The notes under the pieces are model-generated. The model made no database searches, was not told the origin of the DNA, and saw only the letters and a list, made by a program, of their open reading frames with translations. A stretch of 51,599 nucleotides of DNA, taken from assembly GCA_964526035.1 (NCBI GenBank), contig CAZGKE010000003.1, forward strand, positions 3,312-54,910, given 5' to 3'. Source of the stretch: an uncultured Gammaproteobacteria bacterium (GTDB lineage: Bacteria > Pseudomonadota > Gammaproteobacteria > Xanthomonadales > BPKI01). Positions 41,900-49,824 of the stretch are shown one piece after another. The translations under genes were made by a program, and so were the position numbers. The first letter of the stretch is position 1. Each line of letters starts with the position of its first letter.

Positions 41900-43587
41900 G
41901 CGCGGCGACAGTGCAACGCAAGCGCAATACCGATATGCCGGCCCGCGGCGAACCCTTCCAGTGGCTGCTCGGCGGCGCTCTGGCGCTCGGCCTGACCATG
42001 ATCGTCGGCTTGCTGTTGCTGGTGCTGTGGAACGGTCTCGCCGCCTTCTGGCCGCGGCCGATCGCGCTGGTCACGCTTGCCGACGGCAGCGTGCTGGCGG
42101 GTGAGGAGGTGCGTCGCGAGCTGTTTCGACCGAGCGAGGCGGTGGTTGACGCCGGCGGCAAAGAAGCCCAACGCATGCGCGAGCAGGGCGAAGGCTATCT
42201 GCAGCGCCGCCTGTTCCGCGTGGGCAACTACGACCTGTACCGCGAGGACTTCCGCTGGATCAGTGATTTCGAGGTAGCGCAAAGTGAGTATCCCGATGCG
42301 CTTATGCTGTTCGAGAGGCTCGAATGGGGGCCGTTCATCGGCTATGTCGACAAGCTGGTGCTGGACGGGACGCAGGTTGCCGCGGAGCGGGCTGCCCTGG
42401 ATCGCAGCCACGCGCAGGCGCGTGAGCGTCTGCGCCAGCTGCACCACATCGAACGCAATCAGCTCGGAGACCTGAACCACAGCATCGAGGCCGACCGCCT
42501 GGCGCTGCGCCGTGCCGAACTGCGTCACGGCGCGGACAGCGCGGAATTCGCGCGCGTGAAGTCCGAAGTCGAGTCGCGGCAGCCGCTGCTGGAATCGCGC
42601 TATGCCGACCTGCTGGTCGAGGCCCGCGCGATCCGCGATGCGGATGCCGAGAACCGCGTGACCCTTCGCGAGGTCGGCGGACGCAGCGTGGACCTGCCGG
42701 TGTCGCAGCTGGTCCGCTACTACCCTGGCAACGAGCTTGGGATCAGCGGCAAGCTGGCCGTCTACCTGTCGCGCTGGAAGGAGTTCCTCACCGAGGATCC
42801 GCGCGAGGCGAATACCGAGGGCGGCGTGTTCCCGGCGATCTTCGGCACCGTGGTGATGACCATCCTGATGGCGCTCATCGTCGCGCCGTTCGGCGTGGTG
42901 ACCGCGCTCTACCTGCGCGAGTACGCGCGGCAAGGCCACTTCGTGTCGCTGGTGCGCATCTCGGTCAACAATCTGGCCGGGGTGCCGTCGATCGTCTATG
43001 GCGTGTTCGGTCTAGGATTCTTCGCCTACTTCATGGGCGTCAGCATCGATCAGCTGTTCTTCGCCGAGCGACTGCCCAGCCCGACCTTTGGAACCGGCGG
43101 CATCCTCTGGGCATCGCTGACCCTGGCGCTGCTCACGGTGCCGGTGGTGATCGTCGCCACCGAAGAGGCGCTGGCTTCGGTGCCGCGCTCGATGCGCGAG
43201 GGGGCGCTGGCCTGTGGCGCTTCGAAATGGCAGACCATCCGTCACGTCGTGCTGCCGCGTGCGATGCCGGGGGTGATGACCGGGCTGATCCTGGCCATGG
43301 CGCGCGGCGCCGGCGAGGTTGCGCCGCTGATGCTGATCGGCGTCGTCAAGCTGGCGCCGGAGCTGCCGATCGACGGCCACTTCCCCTACATCCACCTCGA
43401 GCGCAGCTTCATGCACCTCGGCTTCCACATCTATGACGTGGGCTTCCAGTCACGCAACTCCGAGGCCGGCAAGCCGATGGTCTTTGTCACCACGCTGCTG
43501 CTGATCACCCTGGTGTTCATGATCAATATTTCAGCCATCTACGTTCGCAACCGCCTGAAGCGCCGCTTCCAGGGCAGCCGCTTCTAA
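41896..43587 (+). CDS. pstA: Long-form phosphate ABC transporter permease PstA
   Basis: The GTG at 41896 overlaps the pstC stop (GTGA); the alternative start is ATG 41935. Permease core EEALASVPRSMREGALACGASKWQT and ARGAGEVAPLMLIG. The track ORF from 41332 is an out-of-frame extension inside pstC. Confidence 0.85.
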   Translation: MSAATVQRKRNTDMPARGEPFQWLLGGALALGLTMIVGLLLLVLWNGLAAFWPRPIALVTLADGSVLAGEEVRRELFRPSEAVVDAGGKEAQRMREQGEGYLQRRLFRVGNYDLYREDFRWISDFEVAQSEYPDALMLFERLEWGPFIGYVDKLVLDGTQVAAERAALDRSHAQARERLRQLHHIERNQLGDLNHSIEADRLALRRAELRHGADSAEFARVKSEVESRQPLLESRYADLLVEARAIRDADAENRVTLREVGGRSVDLPVSQLVRYYPGNELGISGKLAVYLSRWKEFLTEDPREANTEGGVFPAIFGTVVMTILMALIVAPFGVVTALYLREYARQGHFVSLVRISVNNLAGVPSIVYGVFGLGFFAYFMGVSIDQLFFAERLPSPTFGTGGILWASLTLALLTVPVVIVATEEALASVPRSMREGALACGASKWQTIRHVVLPRAMPGVMTGLILAMARGAGEVAPLMLIGVVKLAPELPIDGHFPYIHLERSFMHLGFHIYDVGFQSRNSEAGKPMVFVTTLLLITLVFMINISAIYVRNRLKRRFQGSRF

Positions 43588-43611
43588 AGCCATCCCGCAC
43601 GAGCCCCCGCC

Positions 43612-44430
43612 ATGAATGCCGTCATCGCCGACCCGGCCAGCAACCGCACCGTCTACCACCCGCATAGCGGCGGGCAGGGCAGCGCGCTCTCCATCACCGG
43701 TTTCTCCCTGTGGTACGGCGAGGCGCAGGCGCTCTTCGATATCGGCATGGATGTCGAAAGCGGTCTGGTGACCGCGCTGATCGGACCCTCCGGTTGCGGC
43801 AAGTCGACCCTGCTGCGCTCGCTGAACCGCATGAACGACCTGGTGGACGGCGTGCGCATGACTGGCCGCATCGAGTTCGACGGGCGCAACATCTACGCGC
43901 CGCGCACCGACGTGATCGGCCTGCGCAAGCGCATGGGGATGGTGTTCCAGAAGCCGAATCCCTTTCCGATGTCGATCTTCGACAACGTCTGCTACGCGCT
44001 CCGCGTGGACGGGATCCGCAAGCGTTCGGTGATGGAGGAGACCGTCGAGCGGACCTTGCGCGCGGCGGCACTCTGGGACGAGGTCAAGGATCGGCTCGAT
44101 GAGAGCGCGCTGGGACTCTCCGGCGGTCAGCAGCAGCGCCTGTGCATTGCCCGGGCCATTGCCGGTGACCCCGAAGTCCTGCTGATGGACGAGCCGTGCT
44201 CGGCGCTCGACCCGATCGCCACCGCCAAGGTGGAGGAACTCATCGACAAGCTGGCCGGTCAGTACACCATCGTCATCGTCACCCACAACATGCAGCAGGC
44301 GGCGCGCGTATCGCACAACACCGCCTTCATGTACCTCGGTCGCCTGGTCGAGTACGGTGAGACCCAGACCATGTTCACCGTGCCCAAGCTGGAGCACACT
44401 CAGGAATACATCACCGGTCGCTTCGGCTGA
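43612..44430 (+). CDS. pstB: Phosphate ABC transporter ATP-binding protein
   Basis: Walker [10 protein letters not shown], signature LSGGQQQRL, Walker B LLMDEP, and the PstB-typical C-terminus YITGRFG. Confidence 0.95.
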   Translation: MNAVIADPASNRTVYHPHSGGQGSALSITGFSLWYGEAQALFDIGMDVESGLVTALIGPSGCGKSTLLRSLNRMNDLVDGVRMTGRIEFDGRNIYAPRTDVIGLRKRMGMVFQKPNPFPMSIFDNVCYALRVDGIRKRSVMEETVERTLRAAALWDEVKDRLDESALGLSGGQQQRLCIARAIAGDPEVLLMDEPCSALDPIATAKVEELIDKLAGQYTIVIVTHNMQQAARVSHNTAFMYLGRLVEYGETQTMFTVPKLEHTQEYITGRFG

Positions 44431-44456
44431 AGGCGACCCAAGGAGGGCAATGACCC

Positions 44457-45182
44457 ATGGCGCACGAACATACCGTCAAGACCTACGAGGAAGACCTCCG
44501 CAATCTCAACGCGAAGGTCCACGAGATGGGGCGAACCGCCAGCGAGCAGCTGGAGCGCGCCATGCGCTGCGTGCTGCGCCCGGATCCCGACCAGTGCCAG
44601 CAGGTGGTGCGCGACGACGTCAAGCTCGATCGCCTGGAGCGCGCCATCGACACCGCGGTGATTCGGCTGCTGGCCCTGCGCCAGCCGATGGCAGTCGATC
44701 TGCGCGAAATCATCGTCGCCCTGCGCCTTGCTTCGGAGCTCGAGCGCGTCGGCGACCTGGCCTCGAACATCGCCAAACGTGCCGCCGTGATCGATCAGCT
44801 CACGGCGGTGCCCTCGATCGGCAGTGTGCCTGAACTGGGACGCCAGGTCGCGCAGCGGCTCGACCGGGTTCTGGTGGCGCTGTCGCGCCGCGACACCGAG
44901 GAGGCGGCGCGCATCTGGCGCGAGGACAGCGAAATCGACGAGCGCTACACCGCCATCTTCCGCGAGACGCTGACCTACATGATGGAAGACCCGCGCACCA
45001 TCAGCGGCGGCATCCACCTGCTGTTCGTGGCCAAGAATCTCGAACGTATCGGTGACCATTGCACCAATATCGCCGAGCTGGTCCGTTTCCTGGTGACGGG
45101 TCAGGAAGCCGAAGAGGACCGCCCAAAGGGCGACGACTCGATCGACGTGTCCCTGCTGCCTGCCGCGCAGCCGGGGCTCTGA
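44457..45182 (+). CDS. phoU: Phosphate signalling complex protein PhoU
   Basis: Two PhoU repeats (ELERVGDLASNIAK and NLERIGDHCTNIAE). Follows pstB. Confidence 0.95.
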   Translation: MAHEHTVKTYEEDLRNLNAKVHEMGRTASEQLERAMRCVLRPDPDQCQQVVRDDVKLDRLERAIDTAVIRLLALRQPMAVDLREIIVALRLASELERVGDLASNIAKRAAVIDQLTAVPSIGSVPELGRQVAQRLDRVLVALSRRDTEEAARIWREDSEIDERYTAIFRETLTYMMEDPRTISGGIHLLFVAKNLERIGDHCTNIAELVRFLVTGQEAEEDRPKGDDSIDVSLLPAAQPGL

Positions 45183-45276
45183 TCGGCTCTGCGTCGACCG
45201 GCGCCGGGTTGCGCAATGGCGCGGCGCGCGTTTCCGGTTACAGTGGGGATGTCCACTTCACGGTCCATCTTGAGCC

Positions 45277-46815
45277 ATGCGCCCCACTGCCCTGAATTGC
45301 ATCCTGTTGGCCCTGACGGCCGCTGCCCATGCGGCGCCGCCCCAGCAGTGGACCCTTGAAACCGACGAGGCCTTCGAAGCCTCCGCGATTCCGGCCTACG
45401 CCGGGGATCACGCCGAGATCTACGCGCGCATTGACGCTGATCTCGACGATCACGTCGCTGAACTGCAGCGCTGGGTGCGGCAGCGGTCGATCAGCGCGCA
45501 GGATGACGGCATCCGGGAGATGGCCGAGCTGGTAGCGCAGGACCTGCGCGACCTGGGCTTCATCGATGTCGCGCTGGTCGAGACCCCCGGCCATCCGGGC
45601 GTGTTCGGCTATTACGATGCCGGCGCGCCGAAGACCCTGATGGTCTACATGATGTACGACGTGCAGCCGATCGAGCCGAACTGGCTTGTCGACGATCCGT
45701 TCGCCGGCGTGTTGGTCGACCACGAACTGGGCACCGTGCTGATGGCGCGCGGCGCCACCAACCAGAAGGGTCCGCAGCGGGCTTTTCTGAATGCGCTCGA
45801 CGCCATCATCAAGGTGCGCGGCAGTCTGCCGGTGAATCTCTTCGTGGTGGCCGAGGGCGAGGAGGAACTGGGCTCGCCCAACTTCGATGCGGTACTGGCG
45901 CCCTATCTGGATCGCCTCAAGGCCGCCCACGGTGCCTTCTTTCCGATGAACCTGCAGAACCCGCGCGGTGACGCGGAGCTCAATCTCGGCGTCAAGGGCA
46001 TCCTCTACTTCGAGCTGGAGGCGCAGGGTGGCGACTGGGGTGGACCGTCAAAGGCCGTGATCCACGGTTCCTACAAGGCCCTGGTCGATTCGCCCGCGCT
46101 GCGCCTGGTCCAGGGCATCGCGTCGATGACCTCGACCGACGGCAACACCATCACCATTCCCGGCTACTACGACGCCATCCGCGGACCAACGCTTTCCGAA
46201 CAGCGACTGATCAACGGTCTCGCCCGAAGTTGGGACCAGGCGCGGATGCGCCAAGCTTTCGGCGTGTCACGCTGGATTGATGGCGTCGACGGCGTCGACG
46301 CCGTGCTGCGCTACCTGTTTGCGCCGACCCTCAACATCAACGGCATGTGGAGCGGCTACACCGGTGAAGGCGGCATGACCATCATGCCGCACAAGGCGAC
46401 CGCCAAGATGGACTCGCGGCTGCCGCCCGACCTCGAGCCCGAGGACGCCATGGCGATGATCCGCGCGCACCTCGATGCCGAGGGATTCGGCGACCTCGTG
46501 ATTCGCCCGATGTCGGGCTACCCGGCGGCCAGCAGTCCGGTCGAGGCGCCGATCGTGCAGGTCGCCATCGGCGTGCTCAACAAGTACGGCGTCACTCCTG
46601 CGGTTTCACCGTGGTTGGCAGGCAGCGCGCCCTTCTACCAGTTCACGCGCAATCTCGGCCTGCCCTTCGTGTTTGGCGGGCTCGGCCACGGCTCCGGTGC
46701 GCACGCGCCGAACGAGTACATGCTGATTCATCCGGCCGAAGGCGTACGCGCCGCAGGACTCGCCGACGTGGAGAAGTCCTACGTCGACATGCTGCACGCG
46801 CTGGCCGAGGAGTGA
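45277..46815 (+). CDS. Secreted M20/M25/M40 family metallopeptidase (dipeptidase-like)
   Basis: Signal peptide MRPTALNCILLALTAAAHA. HPGVFGYY, MMYDVQP, ARGATNQKGP and VAEGEEELGS motifs are typical of M20 dimetallopeptidases. Confidence 0.8.
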   Translation: MRPTALNCILLALTAAAHAAPPQQWTLETDEAFEASAIPAYAGDHAEIYARIDADLDDHVAELQRWVRQRSISAQDDGIREMAELVAQDLRDLGFIDVALVETPGHPGVFGYYDAGAPKTLMVYMMYDVQPIEPNWLVDDPFAGVLVDHELGTVLMARGATNQKGPQRAFLNALDAIIKVRGSLPVNLFVVAEGEEELGSPNFDAVLAPYLDRLKAAHGAFFPMNLQNPRGDAELNLGVKGILYFELEAQGGDWGGPSKAVIHGSYKALVDSPALRLVQGIASMTSTDGNTITIPGYYDAIRGPTLSEQRLINGLARSWDQARMRQAFGVSRWIDGVDGVDAVLRYLFAPTLNINGMWSGYTGEGGMTIMPHKATAKMDSRLPPDLEPEDAMAMIRAHLDAEGFGDLVIRPMSGYPAASSPVEAPIVQVAIGVLNKYGVTPAVSPWLAGSAPFYQFTRNLGLPFVFGGLGHGSGAHAPNEYMLIHPAEGVRAAGLADVEKSYVDMLHALAEE

Positions 46816-46961
46816 TCGTTCTCCCGGGATCTTCGGCTGGAGCTGCTTTCCGGCGGCTTGTGGCCGTGGTCGGGCAATTGTAAACAACTGTCAACGGCGG
46901 CAAATCGCCGTGCTACGCTCAAAGGCCGACAACCACCCCCAACCCCCCTTGGAGGAATGCC

Positions 46962-47471
46962 ATGGCTCTCTGGAAAGACAGCAGCGCCAAGCCCGCGGCG
47001 ACGCCCGAGCGCACGCGCTTTGATATCAGCGACGAACCCACCACCGCACCCGAGAACACGCCCATGTCCCTCAGCACCGACGCGTCGCGAAACGAGTCCC
47101 TGATTGCCGCCGACCTGACCATCGAAGGCAAGATCCAGGGCAGCGGTCATGTTCGGCTTGCCGGCAAGTTCAAGGGCGACGTCGACGTGCAGGGCGACCT
47201 CACCGTGGAAGCCGGCGCCAGCCTGACCGGCGGCATCCGCGCCAAGAAGGTCATCATCGCCGGTGAGGTGCAGGGCAACATCGACGCCACCAGCGTCGAG
47301 CTGATGAAGACCGGCGTGCTCAACGGCGACCTGAAGGCGGCAACGCTGACGGTGGCTGCAGGTTCGCGCATGCGCGGCCAGGTGGAGTTCGGCTGGAATG
47401 ATTCGGCATCGTCGAGCGCCCGCAAGCCGTCACGTCCTGAAGCCGTCGGAGAGACAAGTCAGGCCCTATGA
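46962..47471 (+). CDS. Bactofilin family cytoskeletal protein
   Basis: GGAGGA RBS 6 nt upstream. The repetitive beta-helix core DLTIEGKIQGSGHVRLAGKFKGDVDVQGDLTVEAGASLTGGIRAKKVIIAGEVQGNIDA...LNGDLKAATLTVAAGSRMRGQVEF is typical of DUF583/bactofilin. Disordered N- and C-tails. Confidence 0.85.
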   Translation: MALWKDSSAKPAATPERTRFDISDEPTTAPENTPMSLSTDASRNESLIAADLTIEGKIQGSGHVRLAGKFKGDVDVQGDLTVEAGASLTGGIRAKKVIIAGEVQGNIDATSVELMKTGVLNGDLKAATLTVAAGSRMRGQVEFGWNDSASSSARKPSRPEAVGETSQAL

Positions 47472-47797
47472 GTTCATCCGCAGGTGCCACCCGGGAGTGT
47501 CCGCACTGCCGGGCCACCATCCTGGCCAGTGCCGCGGTCTGTCCGCAGTGCCGTCACCACCTGCGCTTCGAGGCCGGGTCGAAGCGTGCGGCTGCGCCAT
47601 CGGCCACCGCTCTTCGTGTCGAGGGCAGTTTCCGCCAGCCGTCGCAGGGCGGCGCGGCGGAGTACTGCGTGGTAGTGTCGATCCAGGACGAGCGCGGCAA
47701 GGAAGTTGCGCGTCAGGTCGTAGGCGTGGGCGCCATGCAGCCTGACGAACTGCGCAGCTTCACGCTTTCAGTGGAAGTGTCCAAGAGCGGTTCCTGA
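47468..47797 (+). CDS. Zinc-ribbon protein (109 aa), translationally coupled to the bactofilin gene
   Basis: The ATG overlaps the bactofilin stop (ATGA). CPHC-x11-CPQC zinc-ribbon near the N-terminus, followed by a ~70-aa beta-rich-looking segment. No family recognised. Confidence 0.6.
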   Translation: MSSSAGATRECPHCRATILASAAVCPQCRHHLRFEAGSKRAAAPSATALRVEGSFRQPSQGGAAEYCVVVSIQDERGKEVARQVVGVGAMQPDELRSFTLSVEVSKSGS

Positions 47798-47821
47798 CAT
47801 CGGCAACGGGGGAGTGGACGC

Positions 47822-49075
47822 ATGGAGCACCGGTCCGGAATAGAGCACCTCAAGCTTGATCACGACGTCGAGGCTGCGCGCGGCGGCACCGCCGCGTCAC
47901 CGCGGGAAGGTCGGGCGATCTGCCTGTCGGGCGGCGGCTATCGCGCTTCGCTGTTTCATCTGGGTGCGCTGATGAGGTTGCATGAGCTCGGGCTGCTGCA
48001 CGATGTGCGCGTGATCAGTGCGGTGTCGGGCGGCAGCATCGTGGCGGCCTGGTTGATGGGCCGCCATCTGCACCTTCGTGCATCCGCGCAGCAGTCGTTC
48101 GCCCGTTGGTGTTCGCGCGTCGATTTCCGCAATGACATCGTGGAGCCGTTCCGCGAGGTGGTCGCGCGCGACATCCGTACGCTCACCGTGCTGCGCACGA
48201 TCGGTCTGAACTGGGGTCGTCCATCGAGCCGGGTTGCGCTTCTCGAGCGCAGCTATCGGCGCTTCCTCGGCGACCTGACGCTGGAAGATCTACCGGACAC
48301 GCCGCGCATGGTGTTCTGCGCGACCAATCTGACTTTCGGTGTCAACTGGGAGTTTTCCAGGGAGCGCGTCGGCGACTATCTGACCGGCTACCTGAGACGA
48401 CCCCGGCGCATCGCGCTGGCACAGGCGGTTGCGGCTTCGTCGAGCTTCCCCCCGGTATTCGGTCCAGTGCTGTTCGAGGCCGAGGCCGAGGACTTCGAGC
48501 GCGGCAAGTATCGCGGTGACGACGCGGACCAACTGCGCACCCGTATCGAACTCAGCGATGGCGGCGTCTACGACAATCTCGGCATGGAGCCGGCGATGCG
48601 TCGCTGCAGCGAAGTGCTGGTGTCTGACGCCGGGGCGCCATTCGCCTTCGTGCCCGGTCGAAACTACCTGCGCCGCCTGCTGCGCTACACCCAGGTCATC
48701 GGCAATCAGGCGGCTGCGCTGCGTCGTCGACTGTTCTTCACGCTGCGCCGCGGCGGCGAGCTGCAGGGTGCCTTCTGGAGCCTGGGCGCGAACCGTGACG
48801 CCGGCGCCTTCGGCTATTCCGCGCGGCTCGCGGAACAGGTGCTGTCGCGCGTGCGCACCGATCTCGATCACTTCAACGCCGCCGAATTCGAGGTGCTCGT
48901 CAACCACGGCTACTGCAGCTGTGAGGACGGCCTGCGCGCGCCCGGCGCATTGCCGACCGCGAACGAGCCCGCGCCGCGCTGGCCATTTCCGCAGCGCGCC
49001 GACGAAGACGGCGTGCGTCGGGCGCTACGCTACAGCCATCGGCGCTTCATGCCGTCGCGCTGGTGGCGTCGATAG
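47822..49075 (+). CDS. Patatin-like phospholipase family protein
   Basis: Oxyanion motif CLSGGGYRAS, nucleophile elbow SAVSGGS (an A-x-S-x-G variant of GxSxG) and catalytic Asp motif LSDGGVYDNLG. Starts 24 nt after the Zn-ribbon gene, with a GGGGGAG RBS. Confidence 0.85.
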   Translation: MEHRSGIEHLKLDHDVEAARGGTAASPREGRAICLSGGGYRASLFHLGALMRLHELGLLHDVRVISAVSGGSIVAAWLMGRHLHLRASAQQSFARWCSRVDFRNDIVEPFREVVARDIRTLTVLRTIGLNWGRPSSRVALLERSYRRFLGDLTLEDLPDTPRMVFCATNLTFGVNWEFSRERVGDYLTGYLRRPRRIALAQAVAASSSFPPVFGPVLFEAEAEDFERGKYRGDDADQLRTRIELSDGGVYDNLGMEPAMRRCSEVLVSDAGAPFAFVPGRNYLRRLLRYTQVIGNQAAALRRRLFFTLRRGGELQGAFWSLGANRDAGAFGYSARLAEQVLSRVRTDLDHFNAAEFEVLVNHGYCSCEDGLRAPGALPTANEPAPRWPFPQRADEDGVRRALRYSHRRFMPSRWWRR

Positions 49076-49208
49076 CCTCTGGCGTGGTGTTGCGAAAATG
49101 CGTTCCTGACCTGCGGCCGCCGCGCCTTGCTTCGCTCCGCGGGAGCGGTGCAGTGTCCCCGCAATTCGCACCCACGCTGCGGTCGTTTGTCGACGCCTCC
49201 GCAAACAG

Positions 49209-49652
49209 CTAACGCCCGGTCGACGCTGCGCAGCTGGGCAGGTCCGGATCGAGCAGGGCGAGGCGTACCGCGCTCGCCAGCGATTCGCCGCTGCGCCGCT
49301 GTGACCGGTAGCGCTCGACGCAGGTCGCCGGACAGCAGCTGCTGGTGCGTCCCGACGAACACGGCGCAATGGCCGCGATGCAGCTGTCCATGCGCGCAGC
49401 ATCGCTCCCCGAGCAGTGCAGAAAGCGCTCCGAGCAGGCAGCCAGAGCGCGTTCGTCCGGCGCCCCGTACTGGCCGATCGGCGTGGATCGAGCTGCGCGG
49501 GAAACATCCGGGGACCGCCGTGCCTGCGCGGTCCCGGTGGCGCACGGCCGGTCCTGATAGACCAGCGAGCCGTCGGTAGCGCGGCAGCGGTGGATCCCGG
49601 GATCGCCGGCAAGGGCGACAGTCATCAGCAGCGTTGCAAACATGGTGGGCAT
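49209..49652 (-). CDS. Secreted Cys-rich protein with a DUF4124-like N-terminal motif
   Basis: Signal peptide MPTMFATLLMTVALAG, then IHRCRATDGSLVYQDRPC, which resembles the DUF4124 pattern (h-[YH]-[RK]-x-x-D-x-x-G-x-x-x-[FY]-[ST]-[DQ]-x-P). 13 Cys in 147 aa. The call rests on weak evidence in a high-GC context. Confidence 0.45.
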   Translation of the reverse strand: MPTMFATLLMTVALAGDPGIHRCRATDGSLVYQDRPCATGTAQARRSPDVSRAARSTPIGQYGAPDERALAACSERFLHCSGSDAARMDSCIAAIAPCSSGRTSSCCPATCVERYRSQRRSGESLASAVRLALLDPDLPSCAASTGR

Positions 49653-49824
49653 TTTCCGGGCATTGTCGCAGTGCGCCAGGCGCTGGCCGCTTCGATAGGT
49701 TTGATCGCCACAATCGTTGACATTTCTCGCCGGTCATGGCCGTGGGTCGTTCGGGCTCAGGCGACCCCTGAAGGTTCTTGTCGGTATTGCCCGTATGAGG
49801 ATTGAACGGGCCGATGTGCCCGGC

